Of a DNA stretch of 64,000 nucleotides, positions 37,247 through 50,509 are shown piece after piece. Made by a program: the position numbers and the translations under genes. The notes beneath the pieces are model-generated. The model had not been told where the DNA came from. It saw nothing but the letters and a program-made list of their open reading frames with translations, and did not search any database. Positions within the stretch are counted from its first letter, which is position 1. The number at the start of each line of letters is the position of its first letter. The stretch is from Octopus vulgaris (lineage: Eukaryota), in contig OX597819.1 of assembly GCA_951406725.2 (NCBI GenBank), positions 78,368,001-78,432,000 of the forward strand. The letters run 5' to 3'.

Positions 37247-37408
37247 TAATTCTTTTATTGGCCACAAGGGCTGACAAAAATGATAACATAAAGGGACAAA
37301 ACAAGACGAAAGGTTACAAAGGGTTTTGTCCGTTTGTAAAAAAAACCCGTGTAAAAACAATGTAACAACCAAAATCTCCCAATAGGGGGAGGCGTTACGA
37401 AAGGTTCA
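37247..37408 (-). mobile_element. Retroelement 3' end similar to SINE B tail type B
   Basis: Minus strand GTCTTGTTTTGTCCCTTTATGTT...CAGCCCTTGTGGCCAATAAAAGAATT. Confidence 0.5.
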
Positions 37409-37626
37409 ATTAATAATAATGGTTTCAAATTTAGGTACCAGGCCAGAAAGCTCGGGGGAGGGGGATAAGTTGATTATTTGTTCAACTGGTACTTATTTTA
37501 TCGACCTGAAAAGGATTAATGGCAAAGTGACCCTCGGTGGAATTTGAACTCACAAAGTAAAGATGGACGAAATGCCGCCAAGCTTTTCGCTCGACATGCT
37601 AACGATTCTGCCAGCTCGCTGCCTCA

Positions 37627-37682
<56 letters not shown>

Positions 37683-37683
<1 letters not shown>

Positions 37684-38842
37684 GCAAGAGCAGTACCCCT
37701 AATCAAATTTGGAGTCGGAATTGTGTAGACTGGACCAAAAACGACATACAAAAGACTTGATAGAAAAACTAGAAAGCTGTTGATAATGCATAGGGCCCAC
37801 CAACAGAAAGCTGATATGAACCAGCTGTAACTGAAGAGAGACCAGGGAGGAAGAGGCTTAACTGCTGTGGAAGCGTGTATACAGATGGAAAGAAAAAGCC
37901 TACTAGAATATTTACAGAGCTTCTCAGAAAAATTATTAAAGACAGTGAATAAAGAACAGGTGAACAAGTGTGGAATGGAAGAATAGAACAATAATGAAAT
38001 TCAAAGAGAGCACGTTAGGTTGAAGAGCAACCTCTGCATGGTCAATTTTGGAGAACCACTGAAGATATATGTGGAACAAAATCCTAGGCTTTGTTTAAAA
38101 AGGAGCAATTAAAAAAAGGAACAGAGAGTCTAATTGTAGTAGCCCAGGATGAAGCGATAAAAACAAACAAGGAAAAATGTATATGGGGAGAAAAAAATCT
38201 GTGGAACTTCGAACGAGATAGTGGCGCACATTGTTGCAGGATGTCCCAAGTTGGCACAGGAAGAATATAAAAAATGAAGGCATGACCAAGTAGTAAAAGT
38301 TTTACACCGAGAGCTTTACCAGAAATGGGGGTTTGAAGCTGGAGACACATGGTACAAACATCGAGTCGAAAGAGTGCTGGAGTCGGAGAATTGTAATATT
38401 CTGTGGAACTTTCCTATTCAAACGGGCAAGAAGCTAGAAAATAACAGACCAGACATAACAACAATAGATAAGGAAAAGCAAAGTTACCCACTAATAGATC
38501 CATCATGTCCGTTTGATTCCAGGTTCATAAGTCGACGGAAAAAATACAATTCCATAAAATTTGAATTTGCAAGAATTTGGAATATGGAAGCTGTAAAAGT
38601 TATGCCTATAATAACTGGTGCATTAGGAACTATAAGCAAAGATATAGACAAATGGTTGACGGAGATTCGAATAGAATGCTCTGTTGAACTTCTATAGAAA
38701 GTTTGCCTCTTAAAAGATTATCAGGAGGGTCTTAAGCACTTGAAAGACTATTGAAAAGGTTGGGATACCTAATGTTACAGGTAGTAGCTCGCTACCCACA
38801 TAAATTCTACCAGGAATAGGAACGAACCTGAGTCAAATCAAT
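37683..38842 (+). mobile_element. 5'-truncated Dong/R4-clade LINE remnant (RT thumb, zinc knuckle, restriction-like endonuclease), with stops and frameshifts
   Basis: Motifs DRKTRKLL.MH, GGRGL, LHGQF, TESLIVVAQD, HIVAGCPKLAQEEYK, RHDQV, ILWNFPIQT, NNRPDI, ID.SCPFD, PIITGALGTI; flanked by (TAA)n, the known Dong target. Confidence 0.9.
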
Positions 38843-39435
38843 AATAGTAATAATTTTACAGTTGAAAATAAAATTTAAAAAAAAAAGACCCCTTTTTAGG
38901 AACCAACGATATGATACGAACTCACAAAAGTTAGCCATTAGAAGACAACAACGTTATCCACTGGTCTACCAACACCACACCCATCGCAGCTGTCATTCAA
39001 ATTTCAACCCATCACTCGCTCTTTCTCGTTTCCACTGTCCTTCTCTACGTACAGGCCTGACCTAATTTCGTTTCACTTTTTATTTATTTACTTATTTTAT
39101 TTCATTATCTGATCCGTCACTATCATTTCATTTGAGCCGCATTTGATTCTCACCACCACCACCACCACCACCACCACCACCACGAACAGCAACAACAACA
39201 ACAACGTCACTACGATCTAAATACCACAACTAAATACCATCTTAATATCAGCATCTAGCACAAATTGACCGCTATACGCGCGCACACACTCACACAGCTA
39301 TATAATAGATACACACATACACACTGATATTCATACATACGTACAAATACATACATACATACATACATACATACATACATACATACATACATACATACAT
39401 ACATACATACATACATACATACATACATACATACA

Positions 39436-39469
<34 letters not shown>

Positions 39470-39470
39470 C

Positions 39471-39507
<37 letters not shown>

Positions 39508-39508
<1 letters not shown>

Positions 39509-39712
39509 GTGCGTGGCTTAGTGGTTAGGGTGTCAGCGTCATGATCGTAACATTGTGGTTTCGATTCCTGGACCGGGCGACGCGCTGTGTTCTTGAGCAA
39601 AACAATTTATTTCACGTTGCTCCAGTCCACTCAGCTGGCAAAAATGAGTAACGCTGCGATGGACTGGCGTCTCGTCCAGCTGGGGAACACATACGCCATT
39701 GAAACCGGGCGC
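39508..39712 (+). mobile_element. tRNA-derived SINE family D
   Basis: TGGCTTAGTGGTTAGGG A-box, GGTTTCGATTCC B-box, then TGTGTTCTTGAGCAAAACA. Confidence 0.8.
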
Positions 39713-39715
39713 ATT

Positions 39716-39776
<61 letters not shown>

Positions 39777-40169
39777 CACGAATCAATGCACACTTATAAA
39801 CGCACACACACAATGGATTATCCTTCGTCGTTGAACACGGAGGAGGACCTTATCAACCAACCCACCACTCCGAACTTGCACGTCTTGTGCCAAAATTGAA
39901 AACCAAAATAATAATCACACATACATCCATATGCACACACACATACACGCCTAAATTAGAAACAATTATTAGAGAAATGACATTATGTCCTGAGTTCAAA
40001 TCCACTACGGTTCTGCTATATACAAAATACCAGTCGAATACTGAGTATCCATGCTACTGGCTAATCATCTTTTCAACACGGCAAAACCCTCTGCCGGAAT
40101 TAGGAACAATTCTTGCAGAAATGACACAAACGTATGTATACAAATGCGTATGTACGCGATCGCTAATAA

Positions 40170-40564
40170 ATCCTTTCTGTTACAGGCACAAGGCCAGGAA
40201 TTTTGTGAGGAGGGGACTAGTCGAATATATTGAGCCAGGGATCAATTGATATTTGTTTCATTCGACCTCCAAAAGAAGAACGGCAAAACCGACCACGGCG
40301 AAATTTGAAATCAGACCACAATGACGGACGAAAAAACTGCTAAGCATTTCGTACCGCGTGTTAGCGATTCTGCCCGTTCGCCGCTTTCACGCAATCATTG
40401 GAGCACCGCCTTTGGTTGAAAAAAGCCTAGTACTTGTTCTATCGGTCTCTTGTGCCAAACCGGGAACGTAAACACACCAACATCGGTTGTCAAGCGATGG
40501 TGGGGGACAAACATAGACACACAAACATACATACATACATACATATATTAAAGGCGGTGCTCCA

Positions 40565-40598
<34 letters not shown>

Positions 40599-40625
40599 CC
40601 GTCAGTCAAATGACTGAAACAAATA
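40170..40625. mobile_element. Decayed SINE B plus rearranged SINE A fragments
   Basis: Family motifs on both strands. Confidence 0.65.
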
Positions 40626-40627
40626 AA

Positions 40628-40668
<41 letters not shown>

Positions 40669-41344
40669 GGCAAATGGTGTACCTCCTCTCAATACTCAGC
40701 GATCAAAACCTGTGAGAATGTGCAAGACAATGGCGTGGCTAATAGAGGAGCAAAGAGCGACCGCTCCTACTCGAACGCACTTTTCAAAATTGGTGCTATT
40801 TTCAACAATTTAAAAAAAAAAATCTTTAGTGCGATAAAGTCGAATCTTTCATTTTTTTTTTTTTTGCTTTTGTTAATTGCATGGCGTTGGAAGAACTTTC
40901 TAAAGTAATTACTTTATTTGACCAACTTCCCGTGATTTTGAACTGTCTGCTTAATCTCCCGTGATATGTTGGTGAGCCCTCATCTGAAGAAGAATCAAAA
41001 CAAACCCTGACGTCATAACTTCTCGACTCTGGACGATCCCGTCGAGCTTCATCTTTTTTCACGTCACATCTATATCAGTAATTATAAGTTTCATGCATAA
41101 TGGCATTACTGCTGAAACATGAAATTAATGAATGGAGAATACAATTACGTATATTACAACTGATAAAATATTTCGAGTAATATGAGAGAAATGAGTTTAA
41201 AATTATTTGATGTGTCACGGCGCTCCCACTAACTTTAGAACCCGGCTACGCCTCTGATACAGGACGTTTATTTCATCCCTTCTAGGGACGACAAAGTAAA
41301 AATTCCAACCGATGCCATCAATAACTAACTGTACAGCGGACTCT

Positions 41345-42055
41345 ATCTCTTTTACTTGTTTCAGTCATTTGAGTGCGGCCATGCTGGAGCACCGCCTTTA
41401 GTCGAGCAAATCGACCCCAGGACTTATTTGCCAAACCGCTAAGTTACGGGGACGTAAACACACCAGCATCGGTTGTCAAGTGATGTTGGGGGGACAAACA
41501 CAGACACACAAACACACACATATATATATACATACTAGCAGTATCGCCCGGCGTTGCTCAGGTTTGTAAGGGAAATAACTATAAAGCATTTTTAGAGAGT
41601 TATAGCCAAAAAATAGCAAAAAAATGGGAAAAAATGATGGTAAATTTTTTTTTTAGTTAAAAAAGGTGGAGTTGCGTCCCCTAGACATTTTGTGTTTCTG
41701 ATTCTGGACCCCATGTCGAATTTATCGATTTTTTTCAGAACTGGGGGAACTTTTCAAAATTTTCGCTGCGTTAGTTTTGAATTATGTGTGTGTCAAGTTT
41801 CATCAGAATCGGTTGAAAGCCGTGGTCAGGGTGAAGGTACAAGCAAACAGACACACAGAAACACGCACAGACAAACTGCCGTTTATATATAGAGAGATAT
41901 ATGACGGGCTTCTTTCAATTTCTGTCTACCAAATCCACTCACAAGGCTTTGGTCGGCCCGAGGCTATAGTAGAAGACACTTGCCCAAGGTGCCACACAGT
42001 GGGACTGAACCCGAAACCATGTGGTTCGTAAGCAAGCTACTTACCACACAGCTAC
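41345..42055 (-). mobile_element. SINE family A interrupted in its microsatellite linker by a Helitron
   Basis: 3' module at 41345-41520 and head at 41900-42055 are collinear. Confidence 0.85.
41535..41897 (-). mobile_element. Non-autonomous Helitron
   Basis: 5' A|TCTCTCTATATATAAACGGC; 3' hairpin CCTGAGCAACGCCGGG then CTAG|T; no TSD. Confidence 0.85.
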
Positions 42056-42529
42056 AGGAATATCTGTCCAGTGTTGTAGCGGGAGCGGTGGGAAAGGAGA
42101 TGGGGAAACTGTAGGTGGTTACTGTACCACCTAAATATAGCCATCCACTCTCTCCCTTTCCCCCCAGTCAGCTGGCCTTGTGCCAAAATTTGAAACCAAT
42201 AAGTATAGAGAGGTAGAAAGATCGCATTCCAGCTATGACCAACTCACCTTGTTTTTTTGCTGGGAATCGAGCCAGAATGGATCGCGTTATACTCTGTGCT
42301 TTTTATGAAACACAACACAACAAATAAGATGATAGGTTAGGGTGGGTGTGATTTGAGGGAAATTTAGCTACTATTCGTAAGCAGGTCGTGCGACGATGTA
42401 AAAAGAACTTCTTTGCTGGTTCGAGATAAGGAGCTGATTGTCAGAAGTGGGTAAAATAGAAGGAAAAGAATGAAATGTTGAGAAGGAGGGAGAGAGAGGG
42501 GGGAAGAAAAGAGAGAGAGCAATGAAGGC

Positions 42530-42796
42530 GGTAGAGATGAACATGGACAATATGAAGGGAAAGGAGAGAGAGAGAGAGGGAGAGAGAGAAGGGGAGAGAG
42601 AGAAAGGAGGTAGAGATAAACATGGACAATATGAAGGGAAAGGAGAGAGAGAGAGAGGAAGGGAGAGAGAGAAAGGAGGTAGAGATAAACGTGGTCAATG
42701 TGAATGGAGAGAGGGGAGAGAGAGAGGGGGGAGCGAGAGATGAAGTAGGTAGAGATAAACAAGGGTAAATGGAGAAGGAGAGAGAGAAAAGGATGG

Positions 42797-42860
<64 letters not shown>

Positions 42861-42900
42861 AGTAGAGATAAACATGGACAATGTGAATGGAAAGATAGAG
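42530..42900. repeat. Minisatellite: five copies of GTAGAGATAAACATGGACAAT(A/G)TGAA separated by variable (GA)n
   Basis: Copies at about 42531, 42610, 42679, 42749 and 42862. Confidence 0.8.
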
Positions 42901-43504
42901 GGGGAGGGGGACAGAGAGTAGAAGGAGAAAGGGTCAAAGGGGAGAAATAAATTTAGAAAGAGTAGAGCACAAAGAAAGCGAATATGTCCCAGGCTGTGTT
43001 GCATTAGATTAGCAAAGAGCGAGAGAGAGGGGGGAGGGAGTGATAGGGGGAAGAAACGGAAAAAACAACGGGGGGAGGGGTGGAGAATGGTGTATGTGAA
43101 AGAGAGAGAGAGAGAGAGTAGTTTGTGCAAGCGAGTGTAGGGTGGGTAAGAAGTTTTGGGGGTCCCCAACGTCAAGGCTTAGTAGTTGTTCTATTAAGGG
43201 CCTGTTGTTTCTATTCAAGCAAAGTCTGTCTTTAGGTTTCATATTTATGACAGTGAATGGGAGCCGATGTCAAAGTTTGTCTCCAGAAAAGGGGTATTGT
43301 TATGCCGTTAGAGCTCTTGTACTTTGCGTTGTGTATCTACCTACTTCTCTCTCTCTCTCTCTCTCTCTCCTACTCACACAGGCATGCAGACTCTCAGTCT
43401 ATCTCTGTTCATGTATATCTGGTCAAATATATCTCTTTACAAAGCTGTCTATCTCTTATACCAATTTGTCTAGCTATCTCTACGCCAATTTATCTGTTAT
43501 CTTT

Positions 43505-44095
43505 TACATGTTTCAGTCATTGGGTTGCGGCCATATTGGGGGCCTTGAGTGGGTTTTTAGCTGAACAAATTGACTACGACAGTACTTTTTATTTTCTAAG
43601 CCCGATGCTTCATCCTACCGGTTGCATTTGTCGAACCTCTAAGTTAGGAAGACGCAAACCAACCAACACCGGTTGTCAAGTAATCGTGGGACACACACAC
43701 ACACACACACTACAAACACATACTTACATACTTTATCATCATCGTTTAACGTCCGCTTTCCATGCTAGCATGGGTTGGACGATTTGATTGAGGTCTGGCA
43801 AGTCAGAAGACTGCACCAGGCTCCAATCTGATCTGGCAGAGTTTCTACAGCCGGATGCCCTTCCTAACGCCAACCACACCGAGAGTGTAGTGGGTGCTTT
43901 TACGTGTCACCGGCACGAGGGCAAGTCAGCATGCATACAAATACATACAACGAGCTTCTTTCAGTTTCCGGCTAGCAAATTCATTCACTAAGATATGGTC
44001 AGTGCTAGCTTACAGTAGAAGACATTTGCCCAATACGCCACGGAGTGGGACTGAACCCGGAAGCTAACTTCTTACCACACTGCCACGAGTGAACC
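43505..44095 (-). mobile_element. Decayed SINE A with a nested SINE of another family (about 43735-43920, (GAT)n tail; relative at about 57685-57825)
   Basis: The nested element carries GGATGCCCTTCCTAACGCCAAC and CATCATCGTTTAACGTCCGCTTTCCATG. Confidence 0.7.
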
Positions 44096-44419
44096 TATGT
44101 GTGTATGTGAAGGTGAGCCTATACCAATTCGTCTATCACTATACCATATATTTTAGTTTATCTATTGTATTTTAAAACTAACCCTTCTGCCTCTCTATCC
44201 TACTTACACATCTCTTTGCCTAAATCTCTGTATTTGTTCATGTCAGTAGCTATTCACCTGCTTACCTGTCTGTTTTTCTATCTTCCTATAAGGTCTGCCA
44301 ATCCTCTTGCCTGTATTCCTATCTCTTTACCATTCTCCTATTCGTATCTCTACACCAGTCTATCTGTCTGTTTTACCTTCCTCAATACCAATTTGTCTGT
44401 CTATCTCTAGGCCAATCTA

Positions 44420-44472
<53 letters not shown>

Positions 44473-45363
44473 CCTACCTACCTACCTATTTGTCTGTCTG
44501 TCTCTATACCAGTCTACCTGTATGTTTATCTCTATAACAATCTCTCTGTCTCTCTACCAATCTATTTACCTGTTACCGTGCCTGTCTACCTGCCTGCCTA
44601 TGTTTATGTCAAAGTCTGCCTATCATTTATACCAATGTCAAACTCTGTCTATCTTTACAGCAATGTCAAACTCTGTCTATCTTTAAAGCAATGTCAAACT
44701 CTGTCTACCTCTACACCAATCTATCTATCTGTCACTCTAATCAACCCAGTCACCTGTCTATCTCTGTACCAGTCTATCCGCCTGTCGATCGCCGTCTGTC
44801 TGTCTGTCTCTCTGTCTGTCTCTAGATCAATCCCTTTATCTGCCAATCTTTATACCACCAGTCTATCTTTCTATCTTTCAATATACCACTGCGTTTGTCT
44901 TGTCTGTCTCAACACCAATCTATATCTCTGTCTATCTATCTCTATATACCAGTCTATCTACCAAGCGAAATAAACAACCCTCAGCCATTGATGGTTCTGA
45001 GAGTTGTTCTGGGAATGGTAGCGGCCTTTAGCTATTACAGTGTTCATTCTAGTGCTGGAGTTGGCCCTAAACAACAGAGTTATGCTAAACTTCTTTGACA
45101 AGCCAGACATAAAAAACATAGACGTTTTCTGATTTATTTGGTATTTCACCTACATACGGGCTTTTTCTCAGATTGGTGGTGGCAGCTTCTTTCTCTCTTT
45201 TTTCCTTCCTTCCTTCTGTCCTTCTTTCCTTTCTTTTCTAACCTTTTTTTAAAGTTTTATGTAGGTTTGTGAGCTGTTATTGTTGGAGGGACAGGAGGAG
45301 AGAGAGAGTGTGAATGAGTGAGAGAGTGCGTGTGAATGAGTGAGAGAGTGTGAGAAGTAAGCT

Positions 45364-45410
<47 letters not shown>

Positions 45411-46011
45411 TGAGTGAAGTGTGGGGAAGGAGATGAGTGTTACTTTTTAGAGAGAAAGAGAAAACAGGTGAGTGTGGGAAAGAGAAGATGAGGGAATTAA
45501 TGAGATAGCTGGGGAATGAGTGAGAGGGATGAGAAAGATTGAGTGAGAGGTGGGGGAATGAGTGAATTTAGGAGTAGGAGAAAGGGAGAGAAAGAAAAAG
45601 CAAACTGAGTGAAAGAGAGGATGAAGATAGATAGGGAAGGAGGAGTGAGAGTGAAGAAGAGAGCTGGAAATGAGAGGCACGAAGGGATGAGTGAAGCGAA
45701 AGAGGGAATCGGAAAATGAACGAAAGCATTGAATGAATGAAAGTGATAGCCGGTGACTGAGTGAATGAATGAGAGAGATGGGGAATGAATGAGAGTGAAT
45801 GCAAAAAGATGAAGAATGAACGAGAGTGTGAGTGAATGAGAGAGATGAGGGATGAGTGAGAGTGTGAGTGAATGAGAGATGGGGGGAATGAGTGATAGAA
45901 TAAAGAATGAAAGATAAAAACCCAAAAACTATAAATGAGACAAAAATAGATTGAGAGAGAGTGATAGAGTAGAAAAGAGATTTATACACCCCTTATATAT
46001 ATATGTATGCT

Positions 46012-46064
<53 letters not shown>

Positions 46065-46280
46065 AGAGAGAGGGGGAGAGAAAAGAAAGAATGAGAGGAT
46101 AAAGTGAGAAAGAGGTTTTATCAGTAGACTAGGGGTGGCGGAGGGAGGATGAAGGAAAAGAGGATGTTGGTTAACTGTATACAATTCCATCGTCTCCCTT
46201 CCCCCCACTCTGAAACACATTCAGATTTATATACATATATATATATTCTACACACAGATATATATATTCTACACACATAC

Positions 46281-46331
<51 letters not shown>

Positions 46332-47369
46332 TACACACACACATACATATACATGCACACATATACATGGACACACACACACACACACATATATATATAT
46401 GTGTGTGTGTATTACAGGCATACTTTGAAGCCTGAATGTCAGGAAACAACTATAAATTATAGAACTTGCTATACGGGGGTCCTACTTAGAGTGTGCAAGG
46501 AGAGAGGAGAGTAATACAGAGAGAAGAGAGGTAGAAAGTAAAAGGAGGAGTAGGAAGAGACGAGCACAAAGAGAGAGAGAGAGAGATGGGTGGATGGGTG
46601 GAGGTAAATAAGAACGTGAAAGGTAAATGGTGGGTGTCAGAGGTGGGGTGGAGAAGAGTAAAGGCAATAAGGGAATTAGCAAGAGATTACGAAGAGCAAA
46701 TGAATAAGAAAGTAAACGAAACAGATGAAGGGCGGAGGTGAAGTGGGAGGTGAGATATCACTAGAACATGAGTGTGTGTGTGGGGGAAGGGCGTGTACAT
46801 TACATATATGTGTGTGTGTGTGGTTGTATGTATATATATATATATTTAGGTATGTGTGTGTGTGTGCGGTGTTATGGCCAGGTGAACAGATAAGGACAAG
46901 CAGTTGTATTGACCTCGTATTAACTAGGGGTTTATAGTTAGTCCCTAGTTAATACTACGGTGTTGATGGCATGCAAAAAAAAAAAAAAGCCGTGGCAGTT
47001 GTAATTCGAGTGCAAATTTAACCAAAGACATCCCAATCTTGACCATCTCGTCTTTATTCTGACTCAGTGTGTGCATGTATTTGTGTGTATGCATCTAAGA
47101 TCTACATACCCACCTTCTCCTCTATATAACAAAATAATAAATAAAACATATGCATATATATATACATATATGTACGTACCTACATCTATATGTATATATA
47201 CATGTGTGTGTGGACACCAAAAAAAAAACGTGTGTGTGAAAACATAAACACAAAACCAAGGAAATTGACATTTTTCTTAAACAATGAAAAAATAGAGTAC
47301 AAGATATACAACCCAAGGAACATTCCCCTTCTTCAGCCGCCTGTTTCATCTACTCCGCGTTTCGAAGGT

Positions 47370-47715
47370 ATGTGTGTGTGTGTCGACGAGGGTTCCAGTT
47401 GATCCGATTAACGGAACAGCCTGCTCGTGAAATTAACGTCCAAGTGGCTGAGCACTCCACAAATACGTGTACCCTTAACGTAGTTCTCGGGGAGATTCAG
47501 CGTGACACACAGTGTGACAAGGCTGGCCCTTTGAAATACCGGTACAACAGAAACATGAAGAAAGAGTGAGAGAAAGTTGTGGAGAAAGAGTACAGCAGGG
47601 TTCACCACCACCTCCTACCGGAGCCTCACGGAGCTTTGGGTGTTTTCGCTCAATAAACACTCACAATGCCCGGTCTGAGAATCGAAACCGCGATCCTACG
47701 ACCACGAGTCCGCTG
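47370..47715 (-). mobile_element. SINE family C with a different 3' part from the 14493 copy
   Basis: 47560-47715 is the reverse complement of 14520-14680. Confidence 0.75.
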
Positions 47716-47729
47716 GGTCATTGTAACCT

Positions 47730-47779
<50 letters not shown>

Positions 47780-48154
47780 CTGCGGCCATGCTGGGGCACC
47801 GCTCGAAGAATTTTGATCGAACGAATAGACCCCAGTACTTATAGTTTGAAGCCTAGTTCTTATTTTATCGATCTCTTTTGCCGAACCACTAAGTTACGGC
47901 GACGTAAACACACCAACACCTGTTGACAAACACAGATACAACACACACACATATATTCATATAACGGGTTTCTTTCAACTTTTGTCGATAGTTGCAGTTT
48001 TATCAAATTATATACAAAAACAATTTAACATGTAACTGAGGGATTACTTAATATGTTTTAGTAAAACGATTATTAAACTGTTACGTGAATGCATTTGTCT
48101 ACAATAATATAAATAAAAATACAAATAACCTCATTAGAAACAGATTAGAAAACC

Positions 48155-48491
48155 TTAATACATATTTGAAGTAGCAATGTCTTTCAATCCTAACTTCCTC
48201 AAACAAACAGCTTTAACCTTTTTTAATAGAAATTTAATAACGCCAAAACTAAGTCTGACATATATTGGGCGACCAACCAATTCATCTACAAACATTGTTT
48301 TGTGAACCCTAAAACACAAGCAAAAAGAAAAAAATCAACTTGCTATACAAAAATATCGTGATCTAAATTTGACGCATCTGTTTACACAGCTACTTCCATG
48401 CTTGACAATGAACACAATTACTATATCAAACCAAACAAAATCTCCTTGTTATATCTTACCTCTTGAGGTAAATAACGCAGTTTTCTTTGTT
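48155..48491 (-). CDS. Candidate last two exons (48491-48460, 48308-48155) encoding NKENCVIYLKRVHKTMFVDELVGRPIYVRLSFGVIKFLLKKVKAVCLRKLGLKDIATSNMY*; unrecognised, possibly transposon-borne
   Basis: TTTTATAG| acceptor, GAG|GTAAGA donor, T-rich TTTTAG| acceptor; phases match and the frame stays open for 61 codons in AT-rich DNA. Confidence 0.35.
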
Positions 48492-49132
48492 CTATAAAAC
48501 AACATCTTAGTTAAGTTGGAGATAAAGATTGCCTTTTCGTAGTAATATTACTGTCGCTATTAATTATAAGATTTTTGTGTTCATTGACTATATAAAAAAT
48601 TAGAGGGAACTTTCAAAGTAGTTGGTATAGTTGTGTGTGAATATGTGTAACAATGAATAGTCTAAACACAGTGGTTGTCGAAGTGACAAATACCAGCTAC
48701 CACCCCATCAACTATGAGAGGACAATTTTTTGCCCTCCACCCCTCTGTATTAAAGAGAAAATGATATTTGTATCCACATAATACTTCTTTCTTAAAAGCG
48801 TAGCACAAGTTTACAAAGTTTAAATCAGTTGTAATTTTATTTAATATGAGGAGTAGTCCGACCCATTGTCAATTCCTACAGGCTCCTCCATGAGAGTGAG
48901 GTGGGGGGGGAGCTGTCCTCCTATGAGAAATGTTGCTGTAAAGGACGATAGTACGCCGAAAGTTATAAGACATTTCAACGGTCATGATTTACGCGTGTAT
49001 GTGTGCACGTGTGTGAGTGTGCGTACATGTGAGTGTGTGTGCGCGTAATTAGAAATATCAGTGAGTTGATAAATACTCGATATAAAGAAGAGTATGGGAT
49101 ACATAACGAAATGCAGGGGTAGACCAGACTTG

Positions 49133-49862
49133 AGAAACAAACCTAACGGATGACCCGGGACGGAAAAAGTCATCACCAAGCGAGGTACAAAATATCCAGA
49201 AAGAATTGTGAACACCTCTAAAGCATCTACTTCTTTGATGTACGCCGCCGCGGCTGATTGTACTCTTCTCCCTCCTTACATTGTGTACAAGGCTGTTAAC
49301 CTGTACGACACATGGACACTCGGTGGGCCAAATGGTACCCGATACAACAGAAGTAAGTCGGGCTGGTTTGATTTTCAAAGTTTCAGTGACTGGTTTACAA
49401 CCAACCATAGCCCTTACCTTATCTCATATCATGTTGAAATTACCTAAATCGTGTTTATTCTGCCAATGACAATCTGTTCATTTCGTGTCACTTTGTTCAC
49501 CTGTAATACATGTAGCCTTTTTAATTCTGCCAATAATCTGTTCACTTCGTATCACATTGTTTACCTGTAGTTTTTTTTTTTTATTTGTCCGTATTCACCC
49601 TGCAGCTAGTTGAATAGGTCCGATAGTGTGTTGTAGATAACTGTCCCTATTCACCCCCAATCAATGGGGTGAATAGGGACAGTGGGTTTTTTTAATTTTA
49701 AAAATGGGTGTACCAACGAATTTTGATACAAGTTTCAATGCGCGTCGGTAGGTTACCGGTAGGGACATAAATCCTACTAAATTAATCAGTAAATGCTATT
49801 ACAGTCGCTTAGTGACATGCATTTGAATTTCAAAATTGTCCCTATTTACCCCGGATTACAGT
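49133..49862 (+). mobile_element. Truncated pogo/Fot1-like DNA transposon with DDE_1 transposase fragment and right end
   Basis: ETNLTDDPGRK/VITKRGTKYPERIVNTSKASTSLMYAAAADCTLLPPYIVYK...WTLGGP.GTRYNRSKSGWFD...FSDWF with one frameshift; subterminal TGTCCCTATT(C/T)ACCCC repeats including an 18-bp palindrome at 49640-49683. Confidence 0.85.
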
Positions 49863-50317
49863 AAGGCTTTTTCTTGCAAGTCACAAGCAATTGCTTCGTT
49901 GATGTAAAGAACTAAGACCATTAAATACAGCTGGCAAGATGGTGAGAGAGAGAGAGAGGACAGAAGAGAGAAAAATAAGAGGGACAATCAGAGAGTCAGA
50001 AGAAAAATAAAAGAGATCGTAGTGACCAGTGAACATACACCATGCATGCATTAATAAGTATGATACACAAATGCATACACTATAAAACAAACGGTCTCTC
50101 TCTCTCTCTTTCTCTCACACAGAACAGAGATGTTGAACCAAATTCACATACGCCGCCTGCACGGAAACAAACACTAGGACACACACACACACACATATGC
50201 ATACGAGTATGTGTGTGTGTGTGTATTTATGTATGTATATACATGCATACATATATGTATAGTCAGATACATTTACACATTCCATATCCCGCTAATTTGT
50301 TAATACACACACACACA

Positions 50318-50348
<31 letters not shown>

Positions 50349-50509
50349 CTAACCACCATTGAATCTAGAAATCAGAAGCCCAGTGTGTGATAAAGCTATA
50401 AATCACGCAATGATCAGTAATATCCCTCCAATTATACTTCACATTACACTATACAGCACAGCTTGTACACGGTAGATAGATGATGCTTAGACGGGTACTG
50501 TTGGAATGG

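Noticed and set aside
42530-42900. Repeat-spacer pattern resembling a CRISPR array
   Set aside because: Spacers are (GA)n/(TA)n tracts and the repeats are degenerate; it is a minisatellite.
45451-45473. 17-nt microexon with CAG|GTGAGT donor
   Set aside because: Not a multiple of three, short pyrimidine tract, and GTGAGT is common in this GA/GT low-complexity block.
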